From Candidatus Latescibacterota bacterium (GTDB lineage: Bacteria; Latescibacterota; UBA2968; UBA8231): 64,000 bases of DNA. Below are positions 17,814-27,350 of the stretch, one piece after another (position 1 is the stretch's first letter; each line of letters starts with the position of its first letter). The translations under genes and the position numbers were made by a program. The stretch is taken from contig OZ253462.1 of assembly GCA_965261395.1 (NCBI GenBank), positions 1,440,001-1,504,000 of the forward strand. Direction: 5' to 3'. The notes beneath the pieces were generated by a model. It was not told the origin of the DNA. It saw only the letters and a list, made by a program, of their open reading frames with translations, and made no database searches.

Positions 17814-19496
17814 TTAGCCTCGCGTCAATTGCCGATAGCGCACCCGCTGGGGCACGACCGAATCCTCGCCTAGCCGCGCCTTCTTGTTCTCTTCGTATTC
17901 CGAAAAGTTGCCCTCGAACCAATAGACTTGGCTGTCGCCCTCAAACGCCAGAGTGTGCGTGGCGATGCGGTCCAAAAACCACCGGTCGTGGCTGATGACC
18001 ACCACGCAGCCGGCGAAGTTTTCCAACCCCTCCTCCAGTGCTCGCAGCGTATGCACGTCTAGGTCGTTGGTCGGCTCGTCGAGCAGGAACACATTGGCCT
18101 GCTCCTTGAGCACCTTGGCCAGATGCACCCGATTGCGCTGCCCGCCCGAGAGCGTGCCAACCTTTTGCTGCTGGTCGGCACCAAGGAAGTTGAAGCGCGC
18201 GAGGTACGCCCGCGAATTTACCTTGCGCTCGCCCAGCTCAAGCTCTTCCTCGCCGCCCGAGACCTCCTGCCAGACCGTGTTTTCCCCCACCAAGGTCTCC
18301 CGGCTCTGATCTACATACCCCAGTTGCACGGTCTCGCCGATGTGGAGCTGGCCGCTGTCGGCGCGCTCTTGGCCGGTAATCAGCCGGAACAGGGTCGTCT
18401 TGCCCGCGCCGTTGGGCCCGATGACCCCGACGATCCCGCCCGAGGGCAGCGCGAAATCCATGTTCTCGAAGATGATGCGATCATCGTAGCGCTTGCTCAC
18501 GCCCTTGGCCTCAATGGCGATATCGCCCAGCCGCGGCCCCGGAGGAATGTAGAGCTGCACCGCCTCGTTCCGCCGCACTCGGTCTTGGTTTAGCAATTCC
18601 TCGTAGGCCCTGATCCTGGCCTTGCTCTTCTGCTGCTTGGCCCTCGGCGTCATGCGAATCCACTCCAGCTCGTGCTCCAGCGTCCGCTGTCTTTCGCTCT
18701 CGCTCTTTTCTTCCAGCCGCAGGCGCTCCGTCTTCTGCTCTAGCCACGACGAGTAGTTCCCTTTCCACGGCACGCCGCGGCCTTGGTCCAGTTCCAGAAT
18801 CCAGCCCGCCACATTGTCGAGAAAATACCGGTCGTGGGTGACGGCGATCACCGTCCCCTGGTACTGATGCAAATGCCCCTCCAGCCACGCCACTGTCTCG
18901 GCGTCGAGATGGTTGGTCGGCTCGTCTAGCAGCAGAATATCCGGCCGGCGGAGCAACAGCCGGCACAGGGCTACCCGCCGCCGCTCGCCGCCCGACAGCG
19001 TGGAGACCTCTTGATCTTCGGGCGGACAGCGCAGCGCATCCATCGCCATGTCCAGCCGACTGTCCAAATCCCAGGCCCCGACCGCGTCGAGCTGTTCGGC
19101 CACAGTGGCCTGCCGCTCGATCAGGGCGTTCATGGCGTCGTCGTCCATGGGTTCGGCGAACTGGGCGTTGATGCCCTCGTACTCGCGCAGCAAATCCACC
19201 GTCTCCTGCACGCCCTCCTCGACGATCTCCTTGACCGTTCTCCCCTTCTCTAGCTCGGGCTCCTGCTCCAGGTACCCCACGGTAAACCCCGGCTGTACCT
19301 GAATGGTCCCCTCGTGTTCCTCGTCTATGCCGGCCATAATCCGCAACAAGGTGCTCTTCCCCGACCCATTCAAGCCCAACACCCCGATCTTGGCCCCGTA
19401 GAAGTACGACAGTGAAATATCTGCGAGAATCACCTTCTGGTTGTAGTGCTTGCTCACCTTGTACATCGAATAGATGATTTTTTCCGCTTCGCTCAT
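17814..19496 (-). CDS. ettA: Energy-dependent translational throttle ABC-F protein
   Basis: GAKIGVLGLNGSGKST, LSGGERRRVALCRLLL, WKGNYSSWLEQK, IPPGPRLG and second ABC domain. Confidence 0.95.
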   Translation of the reverse strand: MSEAEKIIYSMYKVSKHYNQKVILADISLSYFYGAKIGVLGLNGSGKSTLLRIMAGIDEEHEGTIQVQPGFTVGYLEQEPELEKGRTVKEIVEEGVQETVDLLREYEGINAQFAEPMDDDAMNALIERQATVAEQLDAVGAWDLDSRLDMAMDALRCPPEDQEVSTLSGGERRRVALCRLLLRRPDILLLDEPTNHLDAETVAWLEGHLHQYQGTVIAVTHDRYFLDNVAGWILELDQGRGVPWKGNYSSWLEQKTERLRLEEKSESERQRTLEHELEWIRMTPRAKQQKSKARIRAYEELLNQDRVRRNEAVQLYIPPGPRLGDIAIEAKGVSKRYDDRIIFENMDFALPSGGIVGVIGPNGAGKTTLFRLITGQERADSGQLHIGETVQLGYVDQSRETLVGENTVWQEVSGGEEELELGERKVNSRAYLARFNFLGADQQQKVGTLSGGQRNRVHLAKVLKEQANVFLLDEPTNDLDVHTLRALEEGLENFAGCVVVISHDRWFLDRIATHTLAFEGDSQVYWFEGNFSEYEENKKARLGEDSVVPQRVRYRQLTRG

Positions 19497-19500
19497 CAGC

Positions 19501-20439
19501 TCAGTCCTTTATGTGTTTATACGCTGCAAATACAATGCTCAAATCTCGTTCCGCTCGCGCCAAGTCCGAATACGGCTGCCGCCCCGGCTCCTGCAAACAC
19601 TGCAAGAAGTCCCGCATCATGCCCCCATAGCCCATCAAGTCCCCCACGCCCGGAAAGTAGAGCCGCTTCCGCCGCCCTCGCAACCGCGCGTATAGCCCAT
19701 TGCACTCGAAGACGATCCGCCCTTCGGTCCCCACAATCCGCGCGTGCTGAAAGGTGCCCTTGGTCAAGCTGAAGGCGTTCCAAGCATAGCGCAACACCAG
19801 CTTGGCCCCTGATGCGTATTCGACCCGCACTATCGAGTTCCGCTCTGGCTCGCCCGCTCGGTGCCCGGGAAATTCTGCCGTCACTTGCCGGGGCGCGTCG
19901 GCGAACAGGTCCGCTCCGAGGGCCACGAAATGGATCCCGCCCTCCAGCAGCGCGCCATAGCCGCTTTTCCAGCCCGCAGCCTGCTGGGTAAAGCGCTTGC
20001 CAAGGGCCGCTTGCTGCACTTGGCCGATAAAACCCTGCCGGATGATCCACTTGAGCAGCTTGAGCAAGGGCTTGTAGTAGTAGTTTTCCGCGATCATTAG
20101 CAGTGCGTCTGGATGGGCTGCCGCGGCCGCGCCAATGGCTGCCAAATCGTCTTCGGTGGCGCACAACGGCTTTTCCACCAGCACGCCCTTGTCGGCGGTC
20201 AATGCTGCGACGACTTGCGGCCGATGGGCATCCGGCGGCGAGCTGATCAGCACCGCATCTACCGCGCTGTCGAGGACTTCGGCGTACGATGCGAAGACCT
20301 GCCCCCCTCCGCATTGGCGGCTGAGGGCTTTGGCGCTAGCCTGCGTGCGGCTGTGAAAGGACAGCTCGACCTTGCCGACGAGGTTTTTCGCGTGCAGGCG
20401 ACCGATGGTGCCGCACCCTACCAGACAGACCTTCTTCAT
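19501..20439 (-). CDS. Gfo/Idh/MocA oxidoreductase
   Basis: VGCGTIG, VLVEKP and EGGIHF; start overlaps the upstream stop (ATGA). Confidence 0.9.
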   Translation of the reverse strand: MKKVCLVGCGTIGRLHAKNLVGKVELSFHSRTQASAKALSRQCGGGQVFASYAEVLDSAVDAVLISSPPDAHRPQVVAALTADKGVLVEKPLCATEDDLAAIGAAAAAHPDALLMIAENYYYKPLLKLLKWIIRQGFIGQVQQAALGKRFTQQAAGWKSGYGALLEGGIHFVALGADLFADAPRQVTAEFPGHRAGEPERNSIVRVEYASGAKLVLRYAWNAFSLTKGTFQHARIVGTEGRIVFECNGLYARLRGRRKRLYFPGVGDLMGYGGMMRDFLQCLQEPGRQPYSDLARAERDLSIVFAAYKHIKD

Positions 20440-21923
20440 CGCTTTGCTAGAATTCGCTCGGCGACCCGCAGTGCGTTGGCCGCGATCGTCAAACTCGGAT
20501 TTACCCCGCCCGAAGACGGCATGAAGCTGCCGTCGGACACGTAGAGATTGTCGCTGCCCCAATAGCGGCAATCCAGGTCGAGTACGCCTTCCTCGGGTGT
20601 GGTGGCGCAGCGCAGGGTACCTATGGCGTGCGAGAAGGAATCGATCAAGTGGCGGTAGCGCAGCAGGCCGCCCGCTTGGCGCAATACAGCCCCTGCTTGG
20701 GCCAGCAGGTAATCGCGGCGGCGACAGTCGGCGCTGCTATAGGCGTGCTCTACCTGCACCAGTTCCATGCCGAAGATGTCCTGCTCGCTGGCCAACGACA
20801 CGCGGTTTTCGCGGTGCGGATCGTCCTCGGCAATGCAGAGCAGGTTCTGCATATAGCCAGTCAGCAGCCCGACGAGGGTCTTGAAGCCCCAAGGGGCGTG
20901 GTGCCGGATGATGGGGGGAGCCGGCGTGTAGATGTCTTGGATGACGCCCACGGCCGTGCCCAATTCCGCGCGCAGGTCTTCGTAAAAATCGGAAAAGCAG
21001 AGTTGTTTGTGGAAGACCTGTTGCGGATTGGTGCGAAAGGGAAAGATGCAATTGGCAATCCCGTTGCAATGGCGCATGAGAAAGCGCCCAATCAGGGGGT
21101 GGTCGAATCCAGAGCGAAGCATCAGGGCCGGGCTGTTGAGCGCCCCAGCGGCCAAGACCACTAAGTCGGCCGAGAGCGCGTGAGTTTGCCGGGATGCGCT
21201 GTCCACGTATTCGACCTGTTCGACGCGCCCGCCCCGTTGCACCAGCCGCCGCGCCACCGCGCCGACGATGATCTCCAGTCCGGCTGCCGAGGCCGTGGCC
21301 AGCAAGGTGGAAGCCACGTCGTTTTTGGCCTCCACCTTGCAGGGAAACCCGTCGCAGGTGATGCAGCGCAGGCAGAGGGGCCGGGTGCGGTCGGAAAAGT
21401 TGATCGCCAGCGGGATCTTGAACGGCTGAAACCCTAGGGCCGTCCCCGCTTGGTAAATGCGCTGGGCCGGCGCGCTCAGCTCAATGGCGCGACGCGGATA
21501 GGCCTCCAACCCTGGAGGCTGGTAGGGATCGGTACCCGCCTCGCCGTGTACTTCGAGGAGCTGCTCGGCGCGGGCGTAGTACGGCGCTAGGTCTGCGTAG
21601 GACAAGGGCCAGCGGGCAAAATCCGCCGGTCGCAACCGCAGCGACGCCCCGCCGTAAAAGACCGAGTTGCCGCCGACGACCTCGTTGGGATAGGTGCGCT
21701 GGAAGGTGCGGCGTCCGTATTGCTTGACCAAAAGGGGCGAGGCCGCGCGGTAGCGCTTTTGCAGCAGGATGGTGCGCTGATCCCAGTCCGCGTCGTCGCG
21801 CTTGGCCCATTGGCCCCGCTCCAGCAGCGCGGTCTTTAGCCCGGCTTGGACCAGCGCATGGGCCACCAGCGAGCCGCCGAACCCGGAGCCGATGACCACG
21901 GCGTCATAGTGCGCCGCGTTCAT
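20436..21923 (-). CDS. GMC family FAD oxidoreductase
   Basis: IGSGFGG, VGGNSVFYGG, LAAGALNSP and GVNPSLTIAANALR. Confidence 0.9.
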   Translation of the reverse strand: MNAAHYDAVVIGSGFGGSLVAHALVQAGLKTALLERGQWAKRDDADWDQRTILLQKRYRAASPLLVKQYGRRTFQRTYPNEVVGGNSVFYGGASLRLRPADFARWPLSYADLAPYYARAEQLLEVHGEAGTDPYQPPGLEAYPRRAIELSAPAQRIYQAGTALGFQPFKIPLAINFSDRTRPLCLRCITCDGFPCKVEAKNDVASTLLATASAAGLEIIVGAVARRLVQRGGRVEQVEYVDSASRQTHALSADLVVLAAGALNSPALMLRSGFDHPLIGRFLMRHCNGIANCIFPFRTNPQQVFHKQLCFSDFYEDLRAELGTAVGVIQDIYTPAPPIIRHHAPWGFKTLVGLLTGYMQNLLCIAEDDPHRENRVSLASEQDIFGMELVQVEHAYSSADCRRRDYLLAQAGAVLRQAGGLLRYRHLIDSFSHAIGTLRCATTPEEGVLDLDCRYWGSDNLYVSDGSFMPSSGGVNPSLTIAANALRVAERILAKR

Positions 21924-22704
21924 GGGCGTAGAGCGCGGCCAGCCCGGCGATAATCGCCAAGGCCGCGTAGTGGAACCTTTCGCGGGTGTCCAATTCGCGC
22001 TGGATTCTGGGTAGGTTGGGTTGGAATTTGCCGGACATATTGCGCTGGATGTAGGTCTTGTAGTACTCGACGGTAAATCGCTCTAGCCCGCCGTTCATGT
22101 AGATGAGAAAACCCAGCCCGACCGGGTGTTCGGGGCTGCCGAGAAAGTAAAACAGCGGACTCAAGGCGGCCAAGACGACCCCAGAGCGCTGGAATTTGAG
22201 CCACTTGAACCCTTCGAAGGGCGCGTCCTTATAAGCACCCCCCAAGGCCACCAGCAACCCGGTGCAATACCCGGTCACCAGATAGCCCCAGAAGCTTTTG
22301 ATGGGCGCGGCGACGAGCAGGAAGGCGAAGACAATGGCGACGATTAGGCCCCCCGCGCCGTAGCGGAGGAGGTCGCTGGTGACCGGGCGGCCAAAGAAGG
22401 TAATGCGCGAGGGAACGAAGTATTTTTGCTGGTCTTCGGTGCGGAAGAAGCCCTTGTAGATTTCGGCGAGGAAGCGCTCTAGGCCCATGATTAGGAAGAA
22501 CATTTGCACGAGGCCGAGCTGCTGGAATTGCGCGCTGAAGTACGGGATGAAGTACAGCGGCAAAAAGATCGCGACGTGGAAGTAGATGCTGCGCGGAAAG
22601 GTCTTGAGCTTGAAGCCTTCATAAGGCGCGTCTTTGAACGCGCCCCACAGGCAGGTGTAGAGGCCGGAGACGAGGGCGGTGATAAACGAAAGGGCGAAGG
22701 TCAT
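21904..22704 (-). CDS. Integral membrane protein with internal duplication
   Basis: Two GA(F/Y)KDAP(Y/F)EGFK...GLERF..E.YK halves. Confidence 0.75.
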   Translation of the reverse strand: MTFALSFITALVSGLYTCLWGAFKDAPYEGFKLKTFPRSIYFHVAIFLPLYFIPYFSAQFQQLGLVQMFFLIMGLERFLAEIYKGFFRTEDQQKYFVPSRITFFGRPVTSDLLRYGAGGLIVAIVFAFLLVAAPIKSFWGYLVTGYCTGLLVALGGAYKDAPFEGFKWLKFQRSGVVLAALSPLFYFLGSPEHPVGLGFLIYMNGGLERFTVEYYKTYIQRNMSGKFQPNLPRIQRELDTRERFHYAALAIIAGLAALYAHERGAL

Positions 22705-22864
22705 GATTCGTTGGGCGGTGGGTGGAGTGGCCAAAACATCAAATAGTAGGCTCCCCACCCCGATTGGGCAAACGCCCCGCGTGTTGACGTTGCTTATACC
22801 TTTGGTCAGTTTTTGAAGGCGATTCGACCACGGTCCACTACAATTTCAACAAGGAGCTTTTCCC

Positions 22865-23728
22865 ATGCGACTCGGCGTCTGCGGCATGTTGCCCCCGAAC
22901 TTTCGCGAAATCAGCGACCAACACCTAGCGGCGATCAAGGCGCTCAACCTCACGGGCACGGCCTTTCACGCCCCTGGGGAAAATCTGGCTGCCATCACCG
23001 CCGCAGAGTGCCACAAGGTGCGCGATACCATTGCGGCCGCGGGCATGGATCTGCCCCAGTTCGGCATTGGCTTTGCCGAGTGCCTGTTTGATCCCAGCCC
23101 TGCGGTGCGCGACCAAGTTGTCGGCAAGATCGAGCGCGGCATTGAAGTCGCCCGCGACTTGGCTGCCCACACCTGCCTAATCCGCACGGGCAGCCTCAAC
23201 CCAGCCGGTTCGTACTCGCCGTCGCCGCTCAATCTCACGCCCGAGGCCCGCGCCCTGCTCGTCGAAACCCTCCAGCGCATCGCCGCCAAAGCCGAGTCCG
23301 AAGCCGTCACCATAGTCATTGAGACGCATCTGCTGACCATCATGGGATCGCCGGAAGCAAACCGCGACGTGCTGCAAGAGGTTGGCTCCGAGCGCATGAC
23401 CGTGGTCATGGATTACGTCAACCATTTCCAGAATTTGCACCAAGTGTACAACAGCACCGAGCGCTTGCAGCACATATTTGAAATTATGAACCCCATCTCC
23501 GTCGTCGGGCATTGCAAGGATATCAAGCTGTCCAGCGGCTTGGTGCTCCACATTGACGAGGAGATACCCGGCGACGGCGAACTCGACCTTGCCACCGCGC
23601 TCAAGCTGTGGCACGACGCCCATCCCGACGGCTATATGCTCCTCGAACACCTGCCCAACGAGAAATACCCCCGAGCCGCCGCCAATGTCCACCGCATCCT
23701 TGCCGCAGCCGGCATTCCCGTGCATTAA
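22865..23728 (+). CDS. Sugar phosphate isomerase/epimerase (xylose isomerase-like TIM barrel)
   Basis: VIETH, MDYVN, HCKD, PGDGELD and LLEH. Confidence 0.85.
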   Translation: MRLGVCGMLPPNFREISDQHLAAIKALNLTGTAFHAPGENLAAITAAECHKVRDTIAAAGMDLPQFGIGFAECLFDPSPAVRDQVVGKIERGIEVARDLAAHTCLIRTGSLNPAGSYSPSPLNLTPEARALLVETLQRIAAKAESEAVTIVIETHLLTIMGSPEANRDVLQEVGSERMTVVMDYVNHFQNLHQVYNSTERLQHIFEIMNPISVVGHCKDIKLSSGLVLHIDEEIPGDGELDLATALKLWHDAHPDGYMLLEHLPNEKYPRAAANVHRILAAAGIPVH

Positions 23729-23763
23729 ACGAACATCTATTACATCTAACCAAGGAGAATATT

Positions 23764-24960
23764 GTGATTAAGCCCCACGGCGCAGAAGAACTCAAACCGC
23801 TCTACGTCGAAGACGATGCAGTGCGCACCCAGCTTTTAGCAGAAGCCGCTGGCCTACCCTCTGTAGTCGTCTCTTCCGCTGCCGCATCTTCAGCCGTCAT
23901 GCTCGGCTCAGGTTACTTTACCCCGCTTACAGGCTTTATGGACGCAGCCGACGCCAAGAGCGTGGCGGCCAACATGCACACGGCCGACGGCCTGCTGTGG
24001 CCCACCCCGGTCGTCAACATGGTCCCCGGCGATCAGGTTCCGGCGGGCGTGGCCCCCGGCAGCCGCATCGCCCTGTTGGATCCCAATGTGGACGGCAATC
24101 CCGTCATCGCCGTACAGGAAGTGACCGCGATCGAATCGCTCTCGGATGCAGAGCGCGCCGCCATCATTGCCCAAATTTTTGGCACGGACGACGGCGCCCA
24201 TCCCGGAGTCGCCGCTTTCATGGCTGCGGGCGAGACCCTCATCGCCGGGCCAATCGAAGTGCTCAACTTCTCGTACTTCCCCGGCGACTTTCCCCAGACC
24301 TTCCGCACCGCTGTTGAGCTGCGCGCCGAGATCGCCGAGCGCGGTTGGGATCGGGTCGTGGCCTTCCAGACCCGCAACCCCATGCACCGCGCCCACGAAG
24401 AGCTGTGCCGCATGGCGCAGCAAGCCGTCGAGGCCGATGGCATCCTCATCCACATGCTGCTGGGCAAGCTCAAGGCCGGCGACATCCCAGCCGACGTGCG
24501 CGACGCCTCCATCCGCAAGATGGTCGAGCTCTACTTCCCGGAAAATACCGTGATGATCGCCGGCTATGGCTTTGACATGCTCTACGCCGGCCCGCGCGAA
24601 GCCGTGCTCCACGCCATCTTCCGCCAGAACAGCGGCTGCACGCATCTGATCGTCGGCCGCGACCACGCGGGCGTGGGCGATTACTACGGAGCGTTTGACG
24701 CGCAGACCATCTTCGACGGTATCGACGACGCTCTCGAAATCGAAATTTTCCGTGGCGATCACACCGTCTGGTGCAAGGAGTGCAGCGAGGTGGTGATGAT
24801 GCGCGACTGCCCGCACGACGGCGACGCGTACCTGTTCTTGTCGGGAACCCAAGTCCGCGAGAAGCTGGCCGGCGGCGAGCCGCTGCCGCCGGAGTTTGCG
24901 CGGCCAGAAGTGGCCGAGATCCTCGCGGAGTACTATCAGCAAGAAGCAGTGGGAGCTTAG
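23764..24960 (+). CDS. sat: Sulfate adenylyltransferase
   Basis: VAFQTRNPMHRAHE, YAGPREAVLHA, IVGRDHAGVG and PPEFARPEV. Confidence 0.95.
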   Translation: MIKPHGAEELKPLYVEDDAVRTQLLAEAAGLPSVVVSSAAASSAVMLGSGYFTPLTGFMDAADAKSVAANMHTADGLLWPTPVVNMVPGDQVPAGVAPGSRIALLDPNVDGNPVIAVQEVTAIESLSDAERAAIIAQIFGTDDGAHPGVAAFMAAGETLIAGPIEVLNFSYFPGDFPQTFRTAVELRAEIAERGWDRVVAFQTRNPMHRAHEELCRMAQQAVEADGILIHMLLGKLKAGDIPADVRDASIRKMVELYFPENTVMIAGYGFDMLYAGPREAVLHAIFRQNSGCTHLIVGRDHAGVGDYYGAFDAQTIFDGIDDALEIEIFRGDHTVWCKECSEVVMMRDCPHDGDAYLFLSGTQVREKLAGGEPLPPEFARPEVAEILAEYYQQEAVGA

Positions 24961-24971
24961 GAGTTAAAACT

Positions 24972-25988
24972 ATGGAATACCGCAGAATGGGCCGCACTGG
25001 CCTCAAAGTATCGGAAGTTTGCCTTGGCACCATGACCTTTGGCCACAGCACCGACGAGCGGGAGGCCAAGCGGATCGTCGATCTGGCGTTTGACGCGGGC
25101 ATCAATTTCTTCGACACGGCCGATTCGTATGGCGGTGGCGAGTCCGAGGTCATCACTGGCAAGACGCTCAAGGGCCGCCGCCGCGACGCGGTCATCGCCA
25201 CCAAGTTCTTCAACCCCATGGGGCCTGGCCCCAACGACTCGGGGATGTCGCGGGTGCGCATTATGAACGCCGTCGAAGACAGTCTCCAGCGACTGAGTAC
25301 AGACTACATCGACCTCTATTACATTCACCACGTGGATAGCCAGACTCCGTTGGAGGAGATGTTGCGCGCCCTCGACGATTTGGTCCGCCAAGGCAAGGTG
25401 CGCTATATCGCCTGTTCCAACTATCAGGCGTGGCGCTTGATGGAGGCGTTGTGGGTATCGGACGCGAATGGATTGGCTCGCTTTGAATGCTACCAACCGC
25501 AGTACAGCTTGGTCGTGCGCGACATCGAGCAGGAGCTGATTCCCGTCTGTCAGCTCAAGGGGTTGGGCGTGGTGGTGTGGAGTCCGCTCGGCGGCGGCTT
25601 TCTCTCCGGCAAGTACAAGCCCGGCGAACGCACCTTGGCCGGCACGCGTTCCGCCGACGCTTGGGCCTACCCGCAAAGCTATTTTGCCGCCAATGCCGAC
25701 CAGACCTTAGAGACGCTCCTAGCGGTAGCCGACGAGATGGGCCGCTCGCCGGCGCAAGTTGCTCTGCGTTGGGTGTTGGAACAACCGGCCATCACCTCGG
25801 TCATCATCGGCGCACGCACCGTCGAGCAGGCGCGCGACAACATGCTTGCCGGCAGCTTTCGCCTCCCGGACGAGGCCCGCGCCCGGCTCGACGAAGTCTC
25901 CTCTCTGCCGCATCGCTACCCAGAGGCCATGGAAGCGAACATGCACGAGCGCCGCGACGACGCGGTTAATATGCCTGCGCTGGAGTGA
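24972..25988 (+). CDS. Aldo/keto reductase
   Basis: GRTGLKVSEVCLGTMTFG, GINFFDTADSY, DYIDLYYIH and WSPLGGG. Confidence 0.95.
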   Translation: MEYRRMGRTGLKVSEVCLGTMTFGHSTDEREAKRIVDLAFDAGINFFDTADSYGGGESEVITGKTLKGRRRDAVIATKFFNPMGPGPNDSGMSRVRIMNAVEDSLQRLSTDYIDLYYIHHVDSQTPLEEMLRALDDLVRQGKVRYIACSNYQAWRLMEALWVSDANGLARFECYQPQYSLVVRDIEQELIPVCQLKGLGVVVWSPLGGGFLSGKYKPGERTLAGTRSADAWAYPQSYFAANADQTLETLLAVADEMGRSPAQVALRWVLEQPAITSVIIGARTVEQARDNMLAGSFRLPDEARARLDEVSSLPHRYPEAMEANMHERRDDAVNMPALE

Positions 25989-25991
25989 CGG

Positions 25992-27344
25992 GTGACGGAG
26001 CCCCCCCTCCAGGCTGCCAAGACCTGCGAGCTACACGTCCACATCGGCGGCAGCCTCTTTGCCGCCGATCTCCTCGACTTGGCCCGCGACCACTACGAAA
26101 AGATCGACTGGTCGCTGTTTGTCGATAGCTTTGAACGCGCCTATGGTCGCCGGCCCGATCCGGTCGCGCTGTTTGGCGAGGTGCTCCACAGCCAACGCCT
26201 CGACTCGCTCAAGGCGCACTGCGTGTACGGCGTGGAAGACGAGAGCGACTTTGCCCATTTCCAAGCCAAGTTCAATTTGGCCATCTGCATCTATCGCCAT
26301 TGGTGGAACGTCTTGGGCAAGCCAGAAGAAATATTGCACCGCGTGTTCGCCCACCACCGCCGCGAAGGTTTGCGCTACGTCGAGTATCGCACCATGGCCC
26401 CCTATGACCACACCCAGTCCGAAGCCTTCGTGCAGTTCCACGCGCTGACCGCTCGCGCCATCGCTCAAGTCTGCACTGCGGACTTTACCGCCCGCTACCT
26501 CATCAGCCTGCCGCGCTGGGCACCGCTCGAATGCTATCGACTAGTCCAACGCCTGCTCGACGAAAACGAGGATTTGATCCCCACGGTCGTCGGCCTCGAT
26601 TTCTGCCACTTTGAGGAGGGCTACCCGCCCGCGAGCACCCGCGCCTTTTTTCGCCGCCTGCGCCGCGACAACGAGTTGCGTCCGGAGCGCGCCCTCGACG
26701 TAGCCTATCACGTGGGCGAAGTGTACTTCGACAAATCGCTCGAAAGCGCGGTGCGCTGGTGCCACGAAGCCGCAGAGTTGGGTGCGCGCCGCTTGGGGCA
26801 TTGCACCGCGCTTGGGCTCGACCCGGAGATTGCCGTGGTCCGCCGGTCCCAAGCCCACGAGCAAGAGCGGGTTAGCGAACGCTTGGCCCAGATCGCCTAT
26901 GATTTGCACCACGAGGCCGCATTGGAAAAATTCGGCGTCCCGGTCGATGCCCAAGCTCTGATACAGGAGCGCAGCCGCCTTTCGGCTCGGCCCGGCGATG
27001 CGCTCGTTTGCCGCGCATACGATCCCCCGCGCCTCGAAGCAGTGCGCCGGCGGCAGGACTTCGCGCTTAGCCGCTTGGCCGCGCTCGGCACGGTCGTCGA
27101 GACTTGCCCGACCTCCAACTTGCGCATCGGTGCCGTGCCCGACGCCCAAGATCACCCGGTGCATCGCTTCCTATCCTCGGATGTCCGACTGGCCATTGGT
27201 GCCGATGATCCTGGCCTTTTCGACTGCACACTCGCCGACGAGGTCAACTGGGTCCAGCGCCACACCGGCATGACAGCCAACGCGCTACAAGCCCGCCTCG
27301 GCGACCCGCGCGACTACCGCTTCGGCCCGCGTCGCACCCGCTAG
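25992..27344 (+). CDS. Adenosine deaminase-like amidohydrolase
   Basis: ELHVHIGG, YHVGE, RLGH, ETCPTSN and GADDPG. Confidence 0.8.
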   Translation: MTEPPLQAAKTCELHVHIGGSLFAADLLDLARDHYEKIDWSLFVDSFERAYGRRPDPVALFGEVLHSQRLDSLKAHCVYGVEDESDFAHFQAKFNLAICIYRHWWNVLGKPEEILHRVFAHHRREGLRYVEYRTMAPYDHTQSEAFVQFHALTARAIAQVCTADFTARYLISLPRWAPLECYRLVQRLLDENEDLIPTVVGLDFCHFEEGYPPASTRAFFRRLRRDNELRPERALDVAYHVGEVYFDKSLESAVRWCHEAAELGARRLGHCTALGLDPEIAVVRRSQAHEQERVSERLAQIAYDLHHEAALEKFGVPVDAQALIQERSRLSARPGDALVCRAYDPPRLEAVRRRQDFALSRLAALGTVVETCPTSNLRIGAVPDAQDHPVHRFLSSDVRLAIGADDPGLFDCTLADEVNWVQRHTGMTANALQARLGDPRDYRFGPRRTR

Positions 27345-27350
27345 GAGCAC

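Noticed and set aside
23764-24960. Dissimilatory sulfur pathway
   Set aside because: sat stands alone; no apr, qmo, dsr or cysC in the window, so direction cannot be inferred.
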